A DNA stretch of 11,052 bases, taken from contig NW_021827148.1 in the NCBI RefSeq assembly GCF_006345805.1, positions 1-11,052 on the forward strand, read 5' to 3'. Shown one piece after another: positions 1-7,264 of the stretch (position 1 is the first letter of the stretch; each line of letters opens with the position of its first letter). The translations under genes and the position numbers were made by a program. Below the pieces are notes generated by a model. That model saw only the letters and a list, made by a program, of their open reading frames with translations, did no database searches and was not told the DNA's origin. This stretch comes from Octopus sinensis. Its lineage: Eukaryota.

Positions 1-169
1 GAAACATCGACGTCTCCTGTCGGCTTTGATACATTTTTTGTGTCCTTATATTTGCAAAGGGGGAGGCAATCACCCCCGCCACCTGGTGACTAGCGGGGGT
101 GATTGCCTCCCCTTTGCAATATAAGGACACAGAAAATGTGTCAAAGCCGACAGGAGACGTCGATGTTTC
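1..169. repeat. Near-perfect inverted repeat (fold-back palindrome), about 80 bp arms, centred on T84; left arm runs off the window edge
   Basis: 1-79 is the reverse complement of 93-169 apart from two substitutions and two 1-nt homopolymer indels. The core is CACC-T-GGTG (80-88), and ACTA (89-92) has no partner in the left arm. Confidence 0.95.
76..89 (-). promoter_or_regulatory. CTCF-like motif
   Basis: The minus strand reads TCACCAGGTGGCGG, a 13/14 match to the CTCF core consensus CCASYAGRKGGCRS. Motif match only. Confidence 0.3.
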
Positions 170-234
170 CTAGGGCTAAATGGCGGTGGTGTAATTCCCT
201 TACGGGGCAGTCACGACGCTGAATTGAAGAAAAA

Positions 235-329
235 CAAAGTTGACCAGAGCGGGATCTGAACCCAGAATACAGAGAGCTAGAACGATTTCCTCAGAGCAAT
301 CTATTCGCCGCTCTTAACAACTCAGTCAA
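235..329 (-). mobile_element. Isolated tRNA-derived SINE head (diverged relative of the copy at 5046-5258)
   Basis: Minus strand has an A-box-like TGACTGAGTTG (+318-328) and a B-box-like GGGTTCAGATCCC (+251-263). On the plus strand, AAAGTTGACC...TGAACCCAGAA aligns with AAAGTCGGTC...TGAACACAGAA at 5161-5190. Confidence 0.55.
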
Positions 330-459
330 GATTGAAACTTCGACGTCACTGTCAACACGATTCTTGTTAAAGAATAATGAATAGGGACTGCAGTTCAATG
401 TAAAATTGTTTATATTGCAACTCGACGTATAATCAAACTGTCTGTCTGTCTGTATGTAT

Positions 460-664
460 ACTCTTTTATTTGTTTCAGTCATTTGACTGCGGCCATGCTG
501 GAGCACCGCACTTAGTCGAGCAAATCGACCCCAGGACTTATTCTTTGTAAGCGTAGTACTTATTCTTTCGGTATCCTTTGCCGAACCGCTACGTTACGGT
601 GACGTAAACACACCAGCATCGGTTGTCAAGCGATGTTGGGGGGACAAACACAGACACACACACA
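460..664 (-). mobile_element. SINE family A, 3' body only (head missing)
   Basis: About 90% identical by hand alignment (roughly 18 differences in 197 nt) to the reverse complement of about 1873-2072, and homologous to 4561-4730. It carries the AAAAGAGT tail at its left end. Confidence 0.9.
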
Positions 665-666
665 TT

Positions 667-690
667 TATATATATATATATATATATATA
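667..690. repeat. (TA)12 microsatellite at the internal microsatellite position of SINE A
   Basis: Direct reading. Confidence 0.95.
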
Positions 691-1411
691 GTTAATCCAG
701 ACATGAAAACACAAAGAGAAAACACAACAGATGTATGTATGTATGTATAATTTAAATTTTTACTTAGGAGCGGTCCTGTAATGTAAACATTATCATCGAT
801 TCGACCTCGAGATTAATTCGAATTAATAACATCGATGACCAGAAATAAGTGCGAAATACACATATCTGTCCTTGTCGTTCGCGTCCGGAGAGATTTGTTT
901 CGCCTTTCCTAGAAGTATGCTGTGTTTTTTCAACACACTACTGCATTAAAAGGACCTTCCCTGGAGGAAATAACGCAGCTCCAAAGCATTTAACGCAATA
1001 CATTATGGGACATCGATATGTCTATGTGCGTATGTGTATGCTTGTATGTTATGTATATATGTATATATGTGAGTGTGTGTATAAATACAAACATATAAAG
1101 GGAATGTGATAACTGACGATGCTTCGACGAATATCCAAATGTTCCCAATGCAAATGCGGTAAGGTCAACTCAGATATATGTTATACATAGCAAACTGGAT
1201 TGAAATTATCCACGCAATTAGTACACATAATCTTCCTGTATTAGTGTATTAAAATCTAAAAGAAAACCCCCTAAAATACAGAACGAAATAAAAGAAAGCA
1301 AAGCTAATGTCCCAAGGACTTCTATCTGGAGAGAGTGAGGTGTGCGTGCACGCACGCGTGTGTATGTGAGAGAGGGAGAAGAGAAACGAGGTTAATGGCC
1401 TGTACACGTGT

Positions 1412-1708
1412 AAATCGCATTCAGACATCAGGCTTATATCTTTTGAAAGGATGCAAGCTACAAGTCTTTTCTCTTTATATAAAAATCTAACCTGATTTTT
1501 CTTTTTCTAATTGTTTAAAGGATGAATTAAAAGAGCTTTATGGAGAAAGTCACAAATCGCATTAAAACGAAGCAACGACAGAGGGATTCCTTTAAAAGGC
1601 CGCACGAGTCGCGGATCTTCTGAAGTTTCTCAAATTATCATCAGATTATTTTGACTTTTAAATGTGGTTCTGGTATAGTTTTTGCATGTCCATGACGAAA
1701 ATCGCATT
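1412..1708 (+). repeat. Three exact copies of AAATCGCATT (1412-1421, 1554-1563, 1699-1708)
   Basis: Direct reading; start-to-start spacing is 142 and 145 bp. Confidence 0.85.
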
Positions 1709-1730
1709 CATTATTTCTAGAAATTAATAT

Positions 1731-2077
1731 AGGAGTGGCTGCGTGGTAAGTAGCTTGCTTACGAACCACATGGTTCCGGGCTCAGTATCTTCTACTATAG
1801 CCTCGGGCCGACCAAAGCCTTGTGAGTGGATTTGGTAGACGGAAGTGTGTATGTGTGTGTGTGTGTGTGTGTGTATGTTTGTGTTTGTCCCCCCAACATC
1901 GCTTACCAACCGATGCTGGTGTGTTTACGTCTCCGTAACTTAGCGATTCGGCAAAAGAGACCGATAGAATGAGTACTAGGCTTACAAAGAATAAGTCCTG
2001 TGGTCGATTTGCTCGACTAAAGGCGGTGCTCCAGCATGGTCGCAGTCAAATGACTGAAACAAGTAAAAGAGTAAAGA
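1731..2077 (+). mobile_element. SINE family A, near full length with two internal deletions
   Basis: tRNA-like head AGGAGTGGCTGCGTGGTAAG..., conserved block CCTTGTGAGTGGATTTGGTAGACGG, internal (TG)n at about 1845-1875, body, and AAAAGAGTAAAGA tail. Homologous in inverted orientation to 460-664 and 4561-4913. Confidence 0.92.
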
Positions 2078-2156
2078 AATTACAAGTAGTTACAGTTAGG
2101 CATTTTTAGCCAGTCAAAAACGTCCGTAGCCAACATATCATCGGTCGGAATTGTCT

Positions 2157-2170
2157 GTTGTCATGGAAAC
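2157..2170. promoter_or_regulatory. RFX X-box-like motif
   Basis: GTTGTCATGGAAAC fits GTHNYY-AT-RRNAAC exactly. Motif match only; the surrounding sequence may be an old repeat. Confidence 0.3.
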
Positions 2171-2563
2171 CAGCAAAAGCAAGATAAGACAATGAAGAAT
2201 GTTACCATTCGGTGGTCTCTGCTAAATATAGCAGATATATCTCACTCAAATTGCACCTCAGTCTTAAATGTCTCGCAAAAAGGAACGATACACTGAGTGA
2301 TATAATGAAACAAAGAGGATCTCCGTCACTTTCGACAATGACTAGTCAATTGTTCGATCAACTAACTTAACTACTTCGCTAGTAGAATCGGTGCGCAAAT
2401 GGCATGTATACAAATATATACACTTGCATCGACAGTTCAACCAACACAAGAACCCAACAACCTATTTACAAACTCTGGGAACTCTCTTAACTCATAAAAG
2501 TCTTGTCATTTTGTTAGCGACCGACTTGAATTCTCTTTAAGAACTTAGAACTCGAAGAAAAAT

Positions 2564-2671
2564 CATACATACACACATATATGCTCACACACACACACAC
2601 ACACACGCATACATACAAATACCCTGAAAGCCACAATCCCAGATGGAATCAGGGTCATAGCGCGCGCACTA

Positions 2672-2712
<41 letters not shown>
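2564..2712. repeat. Inverted (CA)n/(TG)n microsatellite pair around a 7-bp inverted repeat
   Basis: CATAC/(CA)n at 2564-2616, ACCCTGA at 2621-2627, TCAGGGT at 2649-2655, (TG)n/GTATG at 2672-2712. Confidence 0.85.
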
Positions 2713-2714
<2 letters not shown>

Positions 2715-3056
2715 GCAACCGCTTGATTTGGTCCTTTGAATTCTAAGTACAGTTATGACAAATTGCGGCCCGTGAGACTTTCTGAATAGCATACGCCTTA
2801 CGAAAAATTACCATAAATTTTAGTAACGTGGTCCCTCTGATACACACACACACACACACACAGAGGCACAGATTTCTCGGAAAAGGCGGGCCATGGCTGG
2901 TCTACACGGCAGGCTTTCTACACTGCTTCCGTCTGGCCCGTTTCGCACGTAAGGCTTGGTTCTGCTCTATACATGTAACTAAAAATCACTTTCCCGACGT
3001 GTCGCGCACCAGGATCGATAGTGGGGGGGGGTGCTCGTTTAACCATTCGATCATGC

Positions 3057-3134
3057 GTGTGTGTGTCTATGTATGTGTGGGTGTGTGAGAGGGGGAGAGA
3101 GAGAGAGAGAGAGACAGAGAGATGAAGAGAGAGA
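3057..3134. repeat. Compound (TG)n-(GA)n microsatellite
   Basis: Direct reading. Confidence 0.9.
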
Positions 3135-3414
3135 CGGTGATTGTTCGAACAGATTTTAGGACTTAACTCGGGGAGGGCAGGAGGGGCCGGGCCTAAACAG
3201 CATCAACAGTGAAACCAGCCATGATAATTACAAAAGCGTTTTAATTACAGTGAAAAAACAGACTCAACAAGTCACAGCTGCTTCAAACACCCAATACACG
3301 GTGCGTTTAAGATATCCTGAGCTGTAAGCACGAACATTTGGAGTTAGGAAAGCAAGGCGTAATAAAGAATTGAAACCGAGTCGTTAGTGTTCGCTCTATT
3401 TAATAAATATTCCA

Positions 3415-3480
3415 CCCCTCTCACTCTCCCTCTCTCTCTCTCTTTCTCACCTGCGCGTGCGCACACACACACAATCACAC
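3415..3480. repeat. Compound (TC)n-(CA)n microsatellite
   Basis: Direct reading; module order mirrors 3057-3134. Confidence 0.9.
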
Positions 3481-3545
3481 AATACACTACACAGCTGCTA
3501 TCACAGTTAATCGATGTCTGTCCGCCACACACACACTCTATATAT

Positions 3546-3579
3546 ACACACACACACCCTATATAAGGTGTGTGTGTGT
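3546..3579. repeat. Perfect 13-bp inverted repeat with a CTATATAA loop
   Basis: ACACACACACACC (3546-3558) / CTATATAA / GGTGTGTGTGTGT (3567-3579). Confidence 0.9.
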
Positions 3580-3719
3580 GAAGCCCTACCGTTGTGTTTA
3601 CTAAACGGAAAGCATCACAAAAGGGTTTTCTTCTCACTGTCTGCTCTATTTGTTCAGTGAGAGGTAACCAGCTACACTATTCTCCAACTCGGTCAATATA
3701 AATACGTTTGCGCGCGCGC

Positions 3720-4150
3720 CCGTGTGTGTGTACGAGTATGTGTGTGTAGGTGTACTGTTTACACACACGTGTGTTTATGTGTATGCGTATACATGCATTC
3801 ATATATATATATATACATATATATACGTGAGTGGATTTGTGTGTGTGTATAAATAATATTCATTCACACATACATATGTTCATACGTAAATATCCACATT
3901 TATAAATACATATATATTCAGACACACACACAAATATATATTCACACTCACACACACTCACACACATACATATATTTACATATATATACATATGTGTGTG
4001 TGTGCGTGTGTATATATATACTTGGAAATGGATGCGTGGCGTTCAATTAAGTAATAAATAGTAAATAGTATAGAGTATATATATATATATATTTACCCAC
4101 ATCTACAAATATATACACATCAATACCTATATATGAATATACACACATTT
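3720..4150. repeat. Mixed TA/CA/TG low-complexity tract
   Basis: Direct reading. Confidence 0.9.
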
Positions 4151-4560
4151 AAACGAAGAGGGTCATTTGCAAGTATAATGTTACCCGAACGGAGCTTTTC
4201 AGATCATTATATTATTTACCAGAGAAAAATCATCAGATTCTAAAAAAACTTTCGACGTACTTTCCCTAAACCCTTTTGTTCCTACTGACCTTATTTAATC
4301 CATGATTAGCCCCAATCGAGTACGTTGATAATCAGATACGTTTCTTAATAAAATACGGCAACATCAGAAGAACAGTACTCGATGAGTTCTTTCTCTGCAA
4401 TAAGCTCGGGCAGGGGTCAACAAAATTCTTATATCACCTACTCTTTCATGGAACCATTAAAAATTTATTAACCGACCCCCACATCGTCAAAATTTTTAAA
4501 ACAAAATTTGAACTAAAATAAATAAAACATGTTTTGGTTTAAAAACAAAAATTCCTTAAT

Positions 4561-4913
4561 TCTTTTACTTGTTTCATGCATTTGACTGCAGCCATGCTGG
4601 AGCACCGCCTTTAGTCGAACAAATCGACCCCAGGTCTGATTCTTTGCAAGCCTAGTAATTATTCTATCGGTCACTTTCGCCGAACTGCTAAGTTACGGGG
4701 ACGTAAACACACCAGCATTGGTTGTCAGTTACAAAAACACACACACACATATATATACGATAAGCTTCTTTCAGTTTCCGTCTACCATATTCATTCACAA
4801 GGTTTTGATCGGCCCGGAGCTTTACTAGAAGACACTTGCCCAAGGTGCCACGCAATGGGATTGAACCCGGAACCATGTGGTTGGTAAACAAGCTACTTAC
4901 CACAAGCTGCCAC
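4561..4913 (-). mobile_element. SINE family A, near full length
   Basis: Reverse complement aligns with 1731-2077 in both head and body. It retains the B-box region GGGTTCAATCCC and the CCTTGGGCAAGTGTCTTCT block, and has an internal CA/TA microsatellite at about 4738-4757. Confidence 0.92.
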
Positions 4914-5045
4914 TTTTTAATAAAAAATAATGAAATTTCGTGAAAATATTTAACAAAATTAATTATGAAGAATAAAAATTTAGTGATATTATGTTGATAA
5001 TCGTCAGAGTATTTCATGTAAAGTATGCAATCTGGCAAATGCGAC

Positions 5046-5258
5046 TTAATATTGATTTCAAATTGTTGTCACAAGGCCAGCATTTTCAGGGAAGGGGTTA
5101 AGTCGATTATCAGTGTTCAACTGGTACTTTTTTATATCGACCCCGAAGAGATGAAAGGCAAAGTCGGTCTCAGTAGTATTTGAACACAGAACGTAGACAG
5201 ATGAAATGCCACAAAGCATTTTGTTTGACGCACTAAAGATTCTGCCGATTATCTGTCT
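5046..5258 (-). mobile_element. tRNA-derived SINE family C
   Basis: Minus strand has a degenerate tRNA-like head (B-box-like GTGTTCAAATAC) and then GACTTTGCCTTTCATCTCTTCGGGGTCGATATAAAAAAGTACCAG. This resembles the Meta-type central domain of animal SINEs, from recollection. Confidence 0.8.
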
Positions 5259-5667
5259 TTAAATACTAGTCAACACTGCACAGATGCTTGGTAGGAAATT
5301 AGTAAGTTTTAGCCTTACATCACCCACCCTTTTCCAGATTTAATTTATTAATAATTCAGTGGCCTCAGGAGTCCATATTAATCCTTGAGGTGGCGGGGTA
5401 CCCTTGCCAATCCCTGCACTTGAGTAAGAAGAACCCTACCTTAGTGGGTGCGCTTCCTCTGTTAAGGAAAAATCATCTGGAGCAAAGTTTCATAAACTGA
5501 GATGAATTCACACAGAAGTGGAGGGTTTTCCACTATCCATGAAGAAAATTTACTGTTTCTTTATATGGACATAGCTTTATTTACAATTCAAGTTTTACAA
5601 GATCTGAAGCTGAGAAGTCATTGCCTTCTTTGCGATCTCTATGGATTTAACGATCTGTATTTATCAA

Positions 5668-6057
5668 CTTTATTATGATCCTCGTTTCCATGTTCATGTG
5701 GTTGGGACAACATTTTGTTGGGGTGAATTTCTAAGGCTGGGATGCTCTTCCTGTCACCAGTTCACACCTGTTTTCAAGCAAGATAATATTCTCACAACCA
5801 GATATGTTTTAACAGAAGATTTGTTTACAACCATCATATGATACTGAGACAAAGTCACATTAGCACACACACACATAAAGATATGCAAATACAAATATAC
5901 ATATACAATGGGCTTCTTTCAGCTGCCATGTACCAAATACATTCACAAGGCTTTGGTGAGCCTAGGGCTATAGTAGAAGCCACTTGCCCAGGGGAATTGA
6001 ACCTGAAACCCTGTAGTTGAGAAGTAGATTTCTTATTACACAGCCACAGCTGAGCCT
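5668..6057 (-). mobile_element. SINE family B (family-A-type head plus a different 3' body), old CpG-decayed copy
   Basis: 5908-6057 aligns with the family A head (GGGCTTCTTTCAG...CACAAGGCTTTGG...TAGTAGAAG.CACTTGCCCA). 5680-5860 aligns with 7275-7480 (TTTCCATG, CACCTGTTT..GCAAG.TAATATT, ATGTTTT..GAAGA) and contains a V-domain-like TTTCTAAGGCTGGGATGCTCTTCC. Confidence 0.8.
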
Positions 6058-6198
6058 GAAATGAGTTGTTAAACTCAGAACATTGTGTTTGGTCCTGTAA
6101 TCAGTTCAACATTACTTCACAGACAAGTGAAATAACATTGTTATTATTATTATTCTTTTTATTATTCTTATATAAACTTAAAAAATAATAATGTTTAA

Positions 6199-6406
6199 CC
6201 GTATAGCATTTAACCTGGCCATATCCACCCCAAATATTCAAACTGCTTTAAAATTGACCAGATCCAATTTCTCACATCTGCCCTACATTCTAAAAATATA
6301 CAAACACATCATTGAAGTCTCAAAGCTACAAGATAATCCGAGATTGATTCAAAATAATGTCAATAAGTGAGGATTACATTTGACAAAGAAATCTGAATGC
6401 TAAAGG
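6199..6406. mobile_element. Non-autonomous TIR element (piggyBac-type MITE), right end clipped
   Basis: Left end is TTAA|CCGTATAGCATT (6195-6210). Right end is AATGCTAAAGG (6396-6406), whose reverse complement is CCTTTAGCATT. TTAA plus a CC terminus is the piggyBac signature. The right TTAA is absent and there is no ORF. Confidence 0.55.
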
Positions 6407-6653
6407 AGAATGTCACCGGAGAAAATTGCAAGATGGATTCTTCAAGCTGGGCCAACGAATAGGGGTAGACCAAGAACAAGATGGTTGGATAATATCCACA
6501 GTCTCACTCGGTCAAGCTTTTGGAATCCATTAAGAAACTGTAATGATGGTTACTATTGATAAGACTCCCAAGGAACCTGAAGGCTCTACCCCCAAAGAGC
6601 CTCCCAGGAAATCAGCAGAGATGGACGGATAGAAAGAAGCAAAAAAAAAAAAA
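6407..6653 (+). mobile_element. 5'-truncated RTE-type LINE 3' end (ORF2 C-terminus, 3' UTR, A-tail)
   Basis: 6407-6559 translates RMSPEKIARWILQAGPTNRGRPRTRWLDNIHSLTRSSFWNPLRNCNDGYY*. RGRPRTRWLD (6461-6490) is the typical C-terminal RGRP..RW.D motif of RTE-type ORF2. It ends GATAGAAAGAAGC plus A13 (6641-6653). Confidence 0.75.
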
Positions 6654-6692
6654 CCCGTATTTTGAGCTTCCTCTCTTTCAGCTGGTTTACCA

Positions 6693-7264
6693 TAGTGCAC
6701 TCTTAATTACTGGACAGAACCGAATTGGGGGTAAATTCACTTCCAAAATTTTACCCAGGTGGGTAAATAGGGGTTGGGATCTTCTGCTACGGAAGTTCAT
6801 AAGTGTAATAAAAAATTCTTTTAAACTTTTGGCAATGTTAATCCCGTAGAACAACGACCAGTATGTCTATTTCATCCCACTGTTGCAGTAGTGAATCCAG
6901 CACCACATAAACCCAAATAGGTATTTCTTTGTGTACAAGAGATGGTACCAAGTGATTCCAGGAAAGTTTGACTGCTATTTCTAAAAGTTCAAGCAACCAC
7001 AATGTTATAAAATATTTGGGATAAGAACTAACTTGGTAACAAAGAAATATCAACACCATTCTGTATTTTCCGGCATACAAGTCAACAAAGAATATGTTGT
7101 AAGCATTTAAGAGTCATTACGATCTTTCCAAATCCTACAGCATTTCACATGAAATTTTTTGCCCTCCAAAGCCATTTTGGTGTAGAAGTCGACCAACCAT
7201 TTTTGGCAGTAAATTTTGGTCTGAAAACAAATCGATTCGCATGCTGAAGAAGCATACAGTAATT
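6693..7264 (-). pseudogene. Decayed pogo/Tigger-type (CENP-B HTH plus DDE) transposase relic
   Basis: Frame-shifted minus-strand pieces, in the expected order: MLLQHANRFVFRPKFTAKNGW (ending 7193, cf. F.AS.GW), GRLLHQNGFGGQKISCE (7194-7144, cf. RF..R....KISGE), NAYNIFFVD (ending 7081, cf. IFN.DETG), CMPENT (7079-7062). There is a possible TIR-like TAGTGCACTCTTAATTACTGGAC at 6693-6715, with no partner found. Hand alignment only. Confidence 0.5.

Larger units (their letters stand above)
2860..3730. promoter_or_regulatory. CpG/GC-rich non-coding block, putative cis-regulatory region
   Basis: CpGs retained, GA/TC tracts, TAATTA x2 (about 3225-3247), CACAGCTGCT x2 (3273-3282, 3490-3499), CACCTG (3448-3453), TATATAAG (3560-3567). 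No coding signal. The regulatory role is inferred. Confidence 0.35.

Noticed and set aside
1100-1146. Hammerhead-like GGGAATGT..CTGACGA TGCTTCGAC GAAT..ATGTTCCC
   Set aside because: CUGANGA and an outer stem are present, but stem II does not pair, GAAA reads GAAT and there is no correctly placed NUH.
1610-1651. Minus-strand CTGATGA-TAATTTGA-GAAAC hammerhead-like core
   Set aside because: Stem II is at most 1 bp, stem III is out of register with the UH site, and stem I cannot form.
3558-3568. CArG box
   Set aside because: Seven A/T bases lie between CC and GG; the SRF consensus needs six.
4411-4560. hAT-like TIR CAGGGGTCAACAAA
   Set aside because: No matching inverted end or 8-bp TSD was found on either side of the adjacent SINE.
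5388-5398. 11-mer AGGTGGCGGGG, the reverse complement of 74-84
   Set aside because: The match does not extend and the CTCF 5' half is poor here; probably chance.
291-6020. ORFs 291-506, 849-1109, 1724-1909, 2828-3088, 3344-3637, 4688-5038, 5641-5841 and 5838-6020
   Set aside because: They overlap SINEs or microsatellites, many start at non-ATG codons, and none has a recognisable domain.
6666-6700. Plus-strand splice acceptor CTTCCTCTCTTTCAG
   Set aside because: No recognisable coding frame or convincing donor follows.
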